Source: Euglena gracilis
Taxonomy: Eukaryota
Length of the DNA stretch: 64,000 nucleotides
NCBI GenBank assembly: GCA_039621445.1
Contig: CP154954.1
Coordinates: 21,464,954-21,528,953, forward strand
Direction: 5' to 3'
Shown: positions 1-12,900 of the stretch, piece after piece
Position numbering within the stretch: the first letter of the stretch is position 1
Layout: the number at the start of each line of letters is the position of its first letter
The notes under the pieces: model-generated
What the model was told of the DNA's origin: nothing
Seen by the model: only the letters and a program-made list of their open reading frames with translations
Database searches by the model: none
Program-made: the position numbers and the translations under genes

Positions 1-1797
1 AGCGGGTGTGCTTCAACCGCAGATCACTGGCCTCCGCAGCCTGACCTGGACATCAACGTCTTCGACATGGACTGGAGCAAGGCGTATGCGGTGTGCCCTC
101 GCTGGAAGCCTGTCTGGGACCAGGCCCACAACGGCCAGGGCTGGGCCAGCGGGTTCCAGCTGGTGGATGGGCGGCTCGTCTCGGCGGGGAGGTGGTGTGT
201 GCCGAGCGGGCTGCTGGCGGAGGTGCTGAGGGAGCAGCACTCGGTCTCCGGCCACTTTGGCGGGGACCGGCTGGTGGAGGAGGCCGAGCGCACCTACGTC
301 TTCGCGGACCGGATGGAGGCGGCGAAGGTGGCCGGCGGGCTGCGGCGGACGTGCCCAGTGTGCCAGGCCACCGATCACCCGCACCAGCCGCTGCGGCTGA
401 AGGTCTGCGCGACGCCCGTCCCGCCGTACATCATGGCGTCGGTGGCCATCGACCTCTTCGTGATGCCGGAGGTGGACTTCGAGGGGCAGCTGTACAACGT
501 GTTCGCCGCCTGTGTCGATTGCCACAGTGGGTGGGTCGTGGCCACGGCCCACCACACGCGTGGCCTCACTGCCGCCACCGTGGCCAAGGCGATGTACCGT
601 GGGTGGTGGTCGCCGCACGGGCTGCCCAGCGTGATCACAAGTGATCGCGGGCCGCACTTCGCTTGCGCGTGGTGGCGCAGCGTGTGCGGCCTGCACGGGA
701 TCCGCCACGCCTACGCCCAGGCGTACCACCACGCGGCGAAAGGGCGGGCGGAGTCCCTCGGTGCGCAGCTGCAGAAGCGGATCCGGAGCGAGAAGGCCGA
801 GGCCCAGATCACCTGGGTGGAGTCCCTGCCCAGGGCAGTGCAGAAGCTGAACGACTCCAAGACGCAGCACGGCCTGAGTCCGTATGAGGTGCTGTATGGA
901 CGGCATCGGTGGACTGGTGGCGTACCGTACAAGGCCCCGGTCATGGTGGAGGACCCCGTGTTGTTCTTCGAGAGGCAGAGGGCCGTGGATCAGAAGGTTG
1001 CCGACGTCCTCAACGACTTCCACAAGCGGCAAGCGGACCAGAAGAACAGGAGCAAGAAGGACCTCGAGGAGTTCGCCAAGGGAGACCTCGTGTGGTACCT
1101 CCGGCCTCCGAGGCGGCCGGGCCAGAAGCTCGAGAGCTACTGGCTTGGCCCAGCCCGGGTCACCGTGCGCCGTGGCGAGCACTCGTACGAGCTGGAGCTG
1201 GAGAAGGGCCGCCGCCAAGAGGCTCTCCGCTGCCAGCTGAAGGTCTACCGCGATGACACGCGGTTGTGGGGCCCGCCCAAGATGTTCGTATACCGGCAGG
1301 CCAGACCGCAAGAAGACGTGGGCATCGAGGAGAGGACGGTGGAGGAGATCGGGCGGCACCGCAGACGAGACGACGGCGACTGGGAGTTCGAGGTGAAGTG
1401 GGAGGGCCACCCGACTCTCACGTGGGAGCCGTTGAAGAATTTATTCCAGCGCTACTCTCACCAGATGATCGAGTACGCCAAGTCCAAGAAGCTCAAGGTG
1501 GACCTGCTGGACTACCTCCACCGCAACCTGGCTGAGGTGGCGGTCATCATCGCGGAGGTGAAGAAGCAGGAGCAGGAGGTCATCAACAACGCCGAGTGGG
1601 AAGACCCACCCGAGGAGTGGGTCTGGCCCGACGAGGACGCCAAGAAGGACGAGGAGGCAAGCAGCCAGGAAGGGGAGTCAGCGGACCCCCCAGTGGGCAC
1701 AGCGGTGCCTGCAGCACAGCACGTCCCGACACGCGATCCACCGCCAGCGCTAGGTCAGGATCCACCGCGGACCGTGGCCGCCGCTGCATCGCACTAG
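1..1797 (+). CDS. Ty3/Gypsy pol C-terminus: integrase (HHCC zinc finger, DDE core) plus chromodomain; 5'-truncated by the window
   Basis: Frame is open from base 1. Motifs: H-SVSG-H...CPVC, VAIDLF, ITSDRGPHF, KGRAES. C-terminal chromodomain VEEIGRHRR...WEFEVKWEGHPTLTWEPLKNL. High GC3. Confidence 0.92.
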   Translation, partial: SGCASTADHWPPQPDLDINVFDMDWSKAYAVCPRWKPVWDQAHNGQGWASGFQLVDGRLVSAGRWCVPSGLLAEVLREQHSVSGHFGGDRLVEEAERTYVFADRMEAAKVAGGLRRTCPVCQATDHPHQPLRLKVCATPVPPYIMASVAIDLFVMPEVDFEGQLYNVFAACVDCHSGWVVATAHHTRGLTAATVAKAMYRGWWSPHGLPSVITSDRGPHFACAWWRSVCGLHGIRHAYAQAYHHAAKGRAESLGAQLQKRIRSEKAEAQITWVESLPRAVQKLNDSKTQHGLSPYEVLYGRHRWTGGVPYKAPVMVEDPVLFFERQRAVDQKVADVLNDFHKRQADQKNRSKKDLEEFAKGDLVWYLRPPRRPGQKLESYWLGPARVTVRRGEHSYELELEKGRRQEALRCQLKVYRDDTRLWGPPKMFVYRQARPQEDVGIEERTVEEIGRHRRRDDGDWEFEVKWEGHPTLTWEPLKNLFQRYSHQMIEYAKSKKLKVDLLDYLHRNLAEVAVIIAEVKKQEQEVINNAEWEDPPEEWVWPDEDAKKDEEASSQEGESADPPVGTAVPAAQHVPTRDPPPALGQDPPRTVAAAASH

Positions 1798-2528
1798 CCC
1801 GTCCCGCTGCACTTCGTGCACCACCTGTCCGACCGTCCCTCCGTCTCTGCGTTTCCCCTGCCGTCGCAGGAGGCTGATCCCCAGATCCCCTCTGCAGCGG
1901 TATCAACCTTGGTGTGTCCATCGACAGGAGCTGAGTGCGCGCAGCCCGTGTCTGCGTTCGCTCATTTGCTGCCGCACGTTGCCCCCCAGGCGGCTGTGGC
2001 TGCCTCCCAGGCTGCTGTGGCCGCCCCCCAAGCTACGGTGGTGGCTGCCAGCCAGGCTGATGTGGCTGCCCCCCAGGCGGCTGTGGCTGCCTCTGCGATG
2101 TTCACACATTCTCCGTATGTGCCCATTCCGAACCATTTCCCGGCTGCAGGCGGGGACGCGGTGCCCCATCCGTCTGCTTCCTTCCATGTGTGTACAGGCC
2201 GGCACCATCCCATGCCGCTGGCCTGTGCCACGCCGTCCCCGTTCCTCTCATACCGTTCTACTCCTGCGCACCCCCATACCCAGTGCGCCCCGTTTATTCA
2301 CTGTCCCGATGGAGCCTTCGCCACCCATGGTTCCTTCCCGTTGCACCTCCAGGACCCGTCCTCAGCCTCAAGGCGGCGAGAGGGCACCACCGCTGGTGTC
2401 TGCGTCCTCAATCCCCCCAACGCAGGCCTGGTGACCACCGGAGGCCACCCATTTTTCCCTGGCCACGGCTACCCATGCCAGCCCACCGCCCCGGGGGTGG
2501 TTGGAAAAGCCTGGCGTCAAATCGTACT

Positions 2529-2560
2529 GGGTAGCGGGGGTTGTATTTGTGGAGCTGCTG
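2529..2560 (+). other. Possible polypurine tract and 3' LTR start of the Gypsy element
   Basis: GGGTAGCGGGGG then T-TGTATTTG, about 0.7 kb after the pol stop. No partner LTR in the window. Confidence 0.3.
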
Positions 2561-2739
2561 CTGCTGCTGCCATTCCTTGCCTGCCGATTCGCCAGCGTGC
2601 CTGCTGCGCAGTGGTCGAAGCCGCCGGCGGAGGCTGCGTATGTGGAGACTACACCGCCGGAGGCGAGTCGACTGACGGCAGCGGATGTCTCTGCCCCTGT
2701 CCCTCACACTGACATGGATACTGTGGAGGCAGGAGGAGG

Positions 2740-4000
2740 CGGGCGCCCAAGGCCTGAAGCCAGAGGCGGGCGGCAGCCAGGGGCAGAGCAGACCCCCCCA
2801 ACTGGCCAAGGTAAGACAACGGCCGGGAGAGAGCGGGGGGCGGAGGCCACACAGACAAGCCAGGGGCCCAAGGGGGCCACCAGCCAGCCACCCCACCAGC
2901 CAGCGAGGGGAGGCAGACAGCCAAGGCAGCCAGGCACCCCCCCCCCCCAGGGGAGACAGGGTGCCAGGCAGCCGACCCCAAGACAGACAGCCAGGCCCCC
3001 CCAGGGGGCACCGAGCCAAGCCACCCCCCCCCCCAGGGGGACCCGAAGCCAGCCAGGGCCACCCAGGGAGAACCAAAGCCACCCCCCCCCGCCCCCGGGG
3101 GAACCAAAGTCAGCCAGGCCCCCCCCAGGGGGCACCGAGCCAAAGCCACCCCCCACCCCCCAGGGAGAACCGAAGCCAGCCACCCCCCCTCCCCAGGGGA
3201 ACCGAAGCCAGCCAGGCCCCCCCAGGAGGAACCGAAGCCACCCCCCCCCCCCAAAGGGGGAACCGAAGCCACCCCCCCCCAGGGGCACCGAACAGCCAAA
3301 GCCCCCCCAGGGGGAACCAGCAAGCCGAGAGGCCCCAGAGGGCCACCGAGCCAAGGCCCCCCAGAGGGCCACCGAGAGGCCCCAGAGGGCCACCGAGCCA
3401 AGACCCCCCCCACAGGGGGCCCCAGAGGGCCACTGAACCAGGAACCCCCCCCCCAGGGAGCCCCAGAGGCAACCGAGCCAGGACCCCCCCCCCAGGGGGC
3501 CCCAGAGGCAACCGAGCCGGGACCCCCACCCCGGGGGGCCCAGGGGCCACAAACCCAAGACCGCCCCTCCCCGGGGGGCCCCGAGAGCACGACAAAAGAC
3601 CCCCACACACCAAGGCAGAAGACCCCAGGGGGAGCCCCCCGGGCGAAAACAAAAACGCACCTGGACCCACCCGGACCAAAAAAAAGCCGCCCCCCGGACA
3701 CCCCCCCCCGGACCCAAAAAAAAGGCGCCCCCCCCCCCCCCCAGGGGCGCCCACACCCACCGGATCCCCAGAGCGCGAAGCGAGAACCGAAGGGGGCGCA
3801 AGGAGCACCACCCCAGAGCGCCACAGGAGAACCGAGCAGGCGCAAGGGAGAAAAAGGCACGCCCCCCCCCAGCCGGCCGAAGGAAGCCAGGCAGGGGGCA
3901 AAGGAGGCGAGCCGAAGAGACCCCCGAGGAACCAGAAAGACCCAAGGGAGCCCAAGGGACCGCCCCCCCCACCCAACCAGCCGGGGAGCGCACCGCCCCC
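2740..4000. repeat. T-poor, homopolymer-rich degenerate minisatellite
   Basis: Recurrent GGGGGAACCGAAGCCA, GGGCCACCGAGCCA and CCCCAGAGGG motifs. The Pro/Gly-rich ORFs here are by-products. Confidence 0.7.
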
Positions 4001-5154
4001 CCGAAAGGCTCAACGCTCCGGGGTCTGCCCCCAGCCTGCAGGTCGGCGCGATGCGGCTTCCAAGCCACCCAGCAGGACTGCGGCCCCCGCCAAGAGCCCG
4101 GAGGAGTTCCACCCCCTCCCAAGGCGCCCACAGGAGCCTGCGGCCGGCTGGCCAGCAGACCGCCCAGGGACCAACGCCAGCCCCCGACCAGGCTCCTGTG
4201 GCGCGCGAAGCCACACACAAGGGGCGCACAGGGCCGCCAAACGCCGAAGGCCAAGGCCGAGGCCAAGGCCACACCCCTGCCCTCCGTATACCCCTGCACC
4301 GCATACCCATACCTCCCCCCCGACGCTTTTTGTTGTGCAATTTGTCCACTTCGCCGATGAGGTGCGCACCGCCCCCCGCTCCCGCCTCCGAGGTTAGCCG
4401 AAGGCATGCGAGGCCGGGTGCCTCGGTAGGAAGGGGAGTGTGGGCGTCGGGAGGCGGCCTGGCGCCTGCGCACCTGAATTAGCGAATTATCTGCCCAATT
4501 CCGCTACTTTTTTTGCCCGTGTCCCTTTCCCCCCCAGGTTCTCTCTTTTCGAATGTTTCATTCAAAGAATTGTGCATGCTGAAGGAAGGAATTTCAAAAA
4601 TTCAATCTGAGTTCAAGGAAACAATTGTCCAAGAAGTTCAAAAAGTCAATTCGGAAGGTCAAGCAAAAGGCAGCAAATCAATTCGAGAAAAGGGAAGAGC
4701 AAGCGGCGCTGGGAATCAAGGTGAAGGTGTTCTTCCGCCACCCCCCGGCTACCCTTTTTTTCTTCTTCAAAATTCAAACCAGGCTTTTCCTCCCCCCCCT
4801 ACTGCTTCAGAGGCACCCCCAAGGAGTTGGCCAAAAATACCGTCCCCCCCCCAACTTTTGTTTTGAATTATTTGGCTGCCGGAACCCAGGTTCTGGCTGA
4901 ATTCAGGGACCGAAAGACACAAAAAAAGGGAATTTTCGGGGCGTGTGTGCCTATTTTTACCGGAGCGCCGGTTTACTGTTTTCCGCCACTCGGCCTGCCG
5001 GGGAGCCCATTCCGCGCACGGTCACCGAACCGGCGAGAGGGAAAAACTGAAGGACCCAACCAACGGCTTTTCAAGTTTCCTTGCAAATTTTATGGACGCA
5101 AATACTAAACCTTTTTCCCAATGTCCAAAATTGGTTTTTCGGCCCTTTGAGAGT

Positions 5155-8100
5155 TCAAAGTCTCAAAAAGTTGTAAATGAAGGCGTTCAATTTTTCAGCA
5201 TTTTTTGAATCCAACTCGGACATTCTTTTGAAAAAATCTGAAGCTTCCTCCGCTTCGCGGGGAATAGGAAGAATAAAACCAGCCAATCGCATGTTTCGTC
5301 CAAAAACATTTTCATAGGGGAATAAGCCACTTGGACCAGGGATGTTATGAAATTTCCTCCTCACCAATGGGAAAAAAATCAACCCAATTTGTGTCCATCT
5401 CGTCGCAAACTTTCCGAAGCCATGTTTTAAATTCCTTTCATTGCACTTCCGCCCTACCGTTGGCTTGATGGTGATACGCTTGCGCCTTTGCGCTTCGTAT
5501 CCCCTTGCCACCGCGCATCGTGAGCCACCATGCCCCTGAAAATTGGGAGCCTTGGTCACTCGTGATGACCGTTGGCAAGCCAAATAAATCCAACCACCGC
5601 TTAAACATTTCCTTAGCCACCGCCTTAGCCGTACACCCTTTTCTCCTATGGGGTTTTTTACTATTGTCCAACCGCTTAGGCGATCTACACAAACCGCCAT
5701 ACAATCAAATTCCTGCCCGTCAAATTTCACACGGGGCATGTTAAAGAGGTCGATCGAAACGCTTGACCCCAAAAAAGGTGGTATGATGGTGGGACGCAAA
5801 GGCCCCTTCAAAGAAAAATGTGGGGGGCTGTGCGCTTGACAAATTTCACACATTTTAGAAACCGACAAAGTGATTTCTTTTGCGCCCACCAAGGGTGAAA
5901 AATGAAAATGTTTTGTCATTTCCAACCACAGCCTTTCCCCATCCACATGTCCCACGTGGGCGTGGTACTCCCGGACAAAAGGTCCATTTACACCGGCGGG
6001 TACACACAAAGGTCCTTGGAAAATAGCCGGTTGTCCAAAATTTGAAAATTTTCAGGCCCATTTTCCGAATGCGGTTTGTGTACCTCCTCCCAAATATCCT
6101 TAAAATACGCACACCGTGCATACAAAGTGGACCAATCCCGGTGCATCACAGGTTCCTTGGACAAATTTTTGTCCCCCCCCCCTTGATTTACAGGGCCATC
6201 AAGGGGATAAAGCTGCCCGGGAAAGTTTTCCGTCTCCCCCCCTTCCTCCACTTCATTGCCCATGGTATCCACAGGGGAGATCATTTTTTCCAACACCGAA
6301 ATTTGCCTTGAAAAATCAAAATCAACAACTTCACCGTTTTTGTGCAAGCGAACAACCATGAAAGCTCGTTCCATTTTTTTCTCGTTTTCCAAAATTTCAG
6401 CCATTTTCCTTTCATCCTCCTCCGACCCATGCCATGAAACGTCCGCAAAACTTTGTGATGCGGGGTAAGCCCACCTTGTCATACAATCTGCGGGTAGGTG
6501 TTGCTTACCGGGTACATACGCTACGTTTAGCAAGAATTTGCTGAGATTTTGGTGCCACCGTGCCCTTCGGCTTGACGGTCCCGCGGTGTCCGCAAGAGTC
6601 TCGGTGCCCCAAGACTCATGGGCCTTGTGGTCCGTCAAAACGAGGACCGGTTGTAGGCCTATCCACCCTGCCCATTTTTGAAGGGCGGATACGACCACGT
6701 ATGCCTCCTTATCACGAATATCCCAGGTTTTTTCTTGGGAGGGGGTCAGTTTCCGTGACATGAATGCCACGGGAACCGTTTTCCCTTTCATGGCTTTTTC
6801 CTTACTTAATTCCACCTCACCTACGGGAAGTTGTTCAAACACCGCACTGATGGACCTACCTGAAGCATCCACCTTCAAATTAAAAGGTCAGTTGGGGTCG
6901 ACAACTTGTAACGACAACCCCTTAACCAACGCCTTTTTGGTTTCCTCAATATTTGGGACTTTCATCGTCCCACTGAACCGGGACTTTGGAACCGTCCTTG
7001 CCCTCCGCACGACCAGCCCGAAGTTTGTCTTGGAGGGGGGCTGCCAACTCAGAAAATTTTTCAATGTAGGAAGAATAATGGTTGGCAAAACCACAAAATG
7101 CACGAAGACCGGTTATAGTTTGGGGTAGCTCCCACTTTTCCACGGCCAACAATTTGCCGGGGGAAGGTTTCCTTAGGCCGTCTTTCAAAATATGGCCCAA
7201 AAACTCAACCTCCTTTTGGAAAAATTTGCACTTCGAAAATCTGGCTACCCATTGTTTTTCACGAAGTAAGTCCAAAATGGTGCGAATTTCAGAATCGTGT
7301 CTTCTCAAAAGTTGTTCTGTACCCAAATTTTCTTGGGGGGTACCAATGAGAATATCGTCGATATAGCCATCGGCTATTTCTCGTGCGGGGGCAAGTGTCG
7401 CTTCCAAAATCCTTTGACAATATTGCACACCGTTTTTCCAACCCATTACTACCACCTTCCATTGCACCGTACCTTGGGGGTGTAGGTGGCGGTAATTTGC
7501 CTTGGGATTTGATGAAAAGCATCCACCAAATCGATTGTGGAAAAAAATTGTTTTTTGCCTGGCGGATCAAAGGCTCCTCCACCCGGGTAAAGGGTATGCA
7601 TCATCCATGCATTGGGAATTCATGTAGCGGGCATCGACAACCCCCCTCCATTTTTTGTGTAAGGGGGCTGTGGGGGGTACATGCGCCTTTTTCACGGGAA
7701 ACGAGGGCATACCCCATGGACCCTCACAAGGCTCCACCACCGCCACCACAGCGGTGTGGGAAAAAGGGCCCCCGGACACAGGGAGAGCAGCGGTGCCGGG
7801 GTTGGGGGTCTCCCTCCCCATTGGTGGTGTGTTTGGATTTTGCCCCCATGGACCATCCAAATTCATGGCTTGGGAAGGGGGGGAGGCTTGTCCACAGGGA
7901 CCCCCTGCCACAAAACCTTGGGAGAAAAATCGTTCACCCACGTTTTGCATCTCCAAACGACAATTTGTTTGCTCTAAGTCCAAAAATGTGAGCGGAAACA
8001 CTTTTTTTAAAATCCTCAACCCTGGACAAAATGGTACCAAAGGCTTTTTAACTTGCGTTTCGCAAACCCAAAACTTGTCGGTTCGGTGCAAAAAGTTCTT

Positions 8101-9621
8101 GCCGTTTCTAATTTTCATCACGAGAAAACTTTTGGTGAATTTGTGCCAAAATCTGATCTTGGTGCTCAAGTGAGCTTTCCAAGTTTTGAATGCGGGGGGC
8201 AAAGTCCATTTTCTTTTCTGGTGATTCCACCCGCATTTTTTCGTCATTGTCCACCTCCATTGCGGCAATTTGCCCCAAAACCACCTCCATTTGTTCTTCA
8301 AAACTTTGAAACCTCCCAGAAATTTGGTCAAAAAACCTTTCATAAAGTTTTCTTTCATTCCTGACCAACTCCACATGTTGATTTAACATTCCTGAAATGG
8401 TTTCTTGCCTTCCTTCAAGAAAATTATATATTTCTTCAAATTTTTCCTAATATCCGTCCCAAGGATCCATGTCCCCCCTCCTCATCCATTTGCTCGGGGG
8501 GACTTGTAAATTTTCAGCCGGGGGGCTCTCATTCATGGGCGTCCCGCTTTCCAAAAATTGAGAGTGATCATCCCCCAGCCCGTTTTCTGGGGGGGGGAAG
8601 CGGGGAAAATTCCATCTTTTGGGGGTCTCCACACCGCTCCAACCCACAGGATTGTGGATTGTCCATGATAGCGGGAAAAGTTTGCCCTTCCAAAAATTGC
8701 AATGGGGCAGCCAAACTTTGAACACCGTCAATCATGGGGGGGGAAATCACCACCACCCCCAAGGATCCTTGGTTGAGATTGCTGAAATATGTGTGCGTGC
8801 TGACAAATCATAACCTCCCCTTCACTCTGCAAAGGCACTTCTCGAAATTGGGGAAAATTTTGCAGGAAAAAATCTTCTGGGACTTCAAAATCCGTAGGCG
8901 GCCCCTGAAAAACTTATCTTGCTTCCTCTTTTTGCAACTCTCCCCTCAAAGTGTCCGTAAATCTTGTAAGGCGAGGTAATTCACTTTCCATTGAAAATTT
9001 GCCTTGTGTGATTTCTGGGGGTTTTTGCACCCTTTCTGGCACACCCGCCCCAAACCACGAAGAAATTCTTTTTTTCCACGTCATTGTGGATGAGGAAGAT
9101 TCTGATTCTGTTTCAAATTCTCGGGGGGGTCTACTTCTTTTCGGGTTCTTTTCGGGTGGGTTTTCTTCCACGGGGGGTGTGCGGGGGGTTGGTGTGTTGT
9201 CGTGTGTGGTGGTCTCGGGTAGGCCTTCGGCAGCTGCCCCGGCGTTGCTGGCGGCTCCACATCCCAGTATAAATAGATTGGGGGGGCCCTCAGGCACCAC
9301 CCCATGGCCCAAATCTGGGCCATCTGGCCCATCCGCCAATGTAATGAGGGGGCCCATGGGCACCTCCTCGGGGGGGCCTGATGGAACCACCCCACCAAGC
9401 TCTTCAGCTTCTTCTTGATCTTCTTGGTCTTCGTCCTCTTGGCCAGGCCAAGCCTGCCCCAGGCCTTGGCCGGTGGATCCGGGTAGGACCTCCATGAAAA
9501 CCCTTTTCTTGTTTCGAACTTTCTTCGGATTCTTCGGCCTCGGCTGTTTTTTGAGAGGGCTGCCGGCCTTCGAAGTCAATATATTCAAGCTTTTCTTTTT
9601 TTTGCTCTTGAGCTTTTCCAA
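5155..9621 (-). pseudogene. Decayed Ty3/Gypsy element (gag-like region, RT, RNase H, integrase), frameshifted
   Basis: RT: WRGVVDARYMN...DAYPLP, GYIDDILIG, KCKFFQKEVEFLGH. RNase H: VDASG...PVAFMSRKL...KEAY...LTDHKA. Integrase: HVGH...CEIC, SVSIDLF, ITSDQGSQF, QAYHHQANGRAE, homologous to the integrase at 1-1797. No protease seen. Confidence 0.88.
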
Positions 9622-9687
9622 ATCAACCTTCCAATTGATTTTTTGTCAAATTCAGGTTCTTCCGAGCACAAACAATTGATTTTTTTT

Positions 9688-9700
9688 GTAGTCTTCACCA
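9688..9700 (-). other. Candidate primer-binding site (TGGTGAAGACTAC)
   Basis: TGG-starting motif just upstream of the gag-like region. The cognate tRNA was not identified. Confidence 0.25.
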
Positions 9701-9974
9701 GTACATTGTATGGACAGATAACCCTATGTGTGAGATTGAGTTAGAAATTGGGGGGTTCGATTTGGGGCTATGGTTAACTAGGAATTTGCTCTTTTCCTAC
9801 CGACCGGAAACATTCGGCCTACTGGTCCAGGAAATTTCGCCAGTTAAGGCCGGAAAGGCCAAAATAGGGGTTCAGGCTTCAAAGGCCTACCCACAGAACC
9901 TTTTCCGAACTTTTAATTCGACTGATATCCAGAAATGGGAGTTTCAGTGATTTTCCAAGCGCCAGGACCAATTT

Positions 9975-11130
9975 AGGTCAAATTCTTGGTTAAGGACCCC
10001 TTAACACCTCGGCGGATTTCTCCAGCATGAAATTCCTTAGTTTCTTGGTGGCCAGTGTGGGTCCACCCTGCTGGCCTCCTATGTCTCCAGGTTTTAATTT
10101 TTTTCCATAATCCATCTGTTGGCCATCCAGGCCTTGACCCACAGTGGCCCTTTCAAGGACCCGGTCCCCAGAGTAAAAGGTACCCACAGTGGCCCTTTTG
10201 GAGGGTGGGGCAAGAACCCCTCCAACGAATATTTCTCAATTTCCGATCGTTCAATCAAGGGGGGGACCCACAGAGGCCCCCCTATGGAATGCCAACCAAC
10301 CACATCAACATGGAGAATACCAGGTAGGAAAAACAGGGGCATTAAGCCTTATGGTATGTCTTCTAACAACAAGATCCTCCAGAGAGGTGAGCAGGGAGGG
10401 TGGGAGTGCATGCACATCCCTCCAGAAAAAATTACTTTTTCTAAGGGCCCAAGACCTAGGGGACCCAGGGGTGCAATGTACAACACCCCCAGCCCAGCCC
10501 CCCGCAAAATCATCTCGTCCAGGAAATAAATTCCATGGCGGAAAAATAGAGAGACACCCCCCTTCATCAAAGGTTGCAAAAAAACCTGAAGTGGTGGACA
10601 GAAAATCCCCCCCCAACACCATGTCAACTCATAAGGAATGGCATTCAACCCCCCTGGGTAAGCCCACCAAAATTGTCCACCCACCCAAAACCGAATCATG
10701 AAAAATTGAAGTGAAATATGAAATGCATGGCTTTCATATGAAAAAAAATGACTTTCATGAATTTGAACCTACCCCAAGCAGAAAAAAATACTGCAGGATT
10801 GCGAAAAAAGTGGATCCGTAAAGAGGGTGAGGGATTCAACCACCCAGCACCTGATCCCCTGGTTTTTGATTTCAAAACCAGAGGGGGGGGCAGACAAAAT
10901 GGAGATTAATAAACGATTGCAGAGAATTGCATCAAAGGTTCCAAGTGAAAGGTTTCAAGCTGGATCACATGCAGCACATTATTCCAGTGTTGGAAAATGG
11001 CCACTGGGCAGCAAAAATGGACCGAAATGATGTTTACTTCCACATCCCAGTGATCCAGGCAATAAGGCCATTTTTAAGACATCAGGTGGGGAGGCAGACC
11101 TGGGAATTCCAGGCAGGCTGTTTTGGCATA
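9975..11130 (+). mobile_element. Truncated DIRS fragment (gag tail and RT N-terminus), opposite orientation to the nest
   Basis: FKLDHMQHIIPVLENGHWAAKMDRNDVYFHIP...WEFQAGCFG, homologous to 13485-14757 and 16012-16878. Confidence 0.8.
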
Positions 11131-11188
11131 TGTTATGCCCTTATGGGACGGTGCCCTGGCCCCCCTTTTTTCAGGGCACTAACCCAGC

Positions 11189-11223
11189 CACACAATGGCA
11201 AAATGCGGAGCCCGAGGTGTCTC
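11189..11223 (-). mobile_element. Isolated DIRS left-terminus sequence
   Basis: CACAATGGCAAAATGCGGAGCCCGAGGTGTCTC matches 22400-22432 and one half of the ICR, and stops at the junction. Confidence 0.6.
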
Positions 11224-11959
11224 TCGTCAGTGACGGGGGGGACGAGGAGTGCACAGCACAAGTCGCTGCTTTCCTGTGAGGGCGTGTCGTCCCCACTGTC
11301 CTTCGCGCTGTCTTGATTATTTGGGCGGTTAGGGGGGCTAGCCGTCAATCCCCATGGGGTCTTCGAAGAGTGCGGGGGGAGGCTGCGTGGCAGCTGGCCT
11401 CCTATCCGAATGTTGGCACCAAAAACACAGACTACTCGAGGTGGGGGTCCCCCACCCCGGTGTCGTGGCCCATGCACCGTACATGGTACACCGAGAGGCA
11501 TTTCTGGAACCGGTTGGCTGCCTCGGTGGCCATGTACAAGGTGCATGGTGGACAGGCGAGGTCGTTCTCCCTCGAGGGAAACCGACAAGGGAGGAGGGGA
11601 CACCGAGGGCGAAGCACAAAGGCATTGTGAGGCCATGCCTTGCTCGCCGGCGGTGTTGTGTGATTGTTCGTTGGGTTAGCCGTCTCCCCTTAGTGCCGCC
11701 TCGCCGGAGTTGGATGCATTGTCTCCGACGTGGCGACCATGGCGCTGTCTTTTTTTTTCCTCTGGGGTCCCCCCACCCTTCCCCCCCCTGGCCTCCACTT
11801 GCTGACCGAGGGCGTTTGAAGACAATTTTTTTCAATGGGAGGGGGGGGGGTCGGGCTCACAATGTCTTTGTGCTTCGCCCTCGGTGTCCCTTCCCCCCTT
11901 GTCGGTTTGCCTCGAGGGAGTACGAGACACCTCGGGCTCCGCACTTTGCCAATGTGAGG

Positions 11960-12900
11960 CCAGATTGTGCACTGAAATTACGGGGGCCATGGCATTTTCC
12001 AAGGCACCTTGGGCACCAAGTCTTTGATAATGGGCTGTAAAAGCCTCAACCCTTTCCCATTGACAAATTTCACAAACTTCTTGGGCAGAAAGGCCCGATT
12101 TTCTGAGCAACCCAACCCCTGCCCCTCTGGTGGAGTGGGGTCCCCACACCTGGAGGGGGTGCTCCTTGTTTGGTCAAAAATTCTCCTGTAATTGAAGCAA
12201 TTGTGTCAGCACTTATGGGTGTATAGGGGGGTTCTAATGAAAGCCATAATTAAATGAAAGGGACTGATTGGGTGACATTGGGAATTGAGACCACTCTTTC
12301 CCGCTTGTGGAATTTTTGCCCTTTACGTTTGATTTGAATTTAGGGTGCCCCCCCCCCAACACACTTGTGGTTCGTTTGACTTGTGCCAAATCAGATGAAC
12401 GATATAAACAGAGGATGTGTGAACAAAAAATGAGCTGTGTGCGCAATGTACAGATATCAGTGTGCACAGGCTGCGGAGGATTGGGAGGGGATCCCAAAAG
12501 CAACCATGCTTCTCCAGATTTTGATTCCACACCCTTTTATAAGGTGCTAATAAGGTATTAAACCTTAGGCCACCAAACCCAGGGATCAAAAGCATAGCAC
12601 TATATGCATTACGGGCTTGGGCCTTTGAAAATTGAAAACGCCACTTGGTCAGTGGTGGCTAAAGGGGAGGGTCACCCCCATTCTGTCCAGAATCACCTAT
12701 AAAAGCGTAATGGCACTTTGGTACCTTTTCAAACTGGGGTTTCTTCCCAGGAAATCTTTAATGGTTGAATTTTGTATTTGTTTCCCTTCCAAAATTTGCC
12801 TCAGAAAATAATGCAAAGGAGTGGCAACCTGGGGGGGGGTGGCATTTTTTCCCCCTTGCAATTGGTGAACATTCCCCTGTAGGGGGTAATTTTTAGGCAG
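11960..12900 (-). pseudogene. Tyrosine recombinase of element C (frameshifted)
   Basis: WGPHSTRGAG (HxxR), CQWERVEAFTAHYQRLG (W...Y), LCLYRSSDLA (R). Confidence 0.8.

Noticed and set aside
13-1410. 465-aa antisense ORF
   Set aside because: It is a shadow of the high-GC3 integrase frame.
2408-4473. Long Pro/Gly-rich ORFs (up to 589 aa)
   Set aside because: T-poor low-complexity DNA lacks stops in most frames, and no domain motifs are present.
11224-11270. Similarity to 22485-22520 suggesting a repeated DIRS target
   Set aside because: The match is short and gapped and does not convincingly extend.
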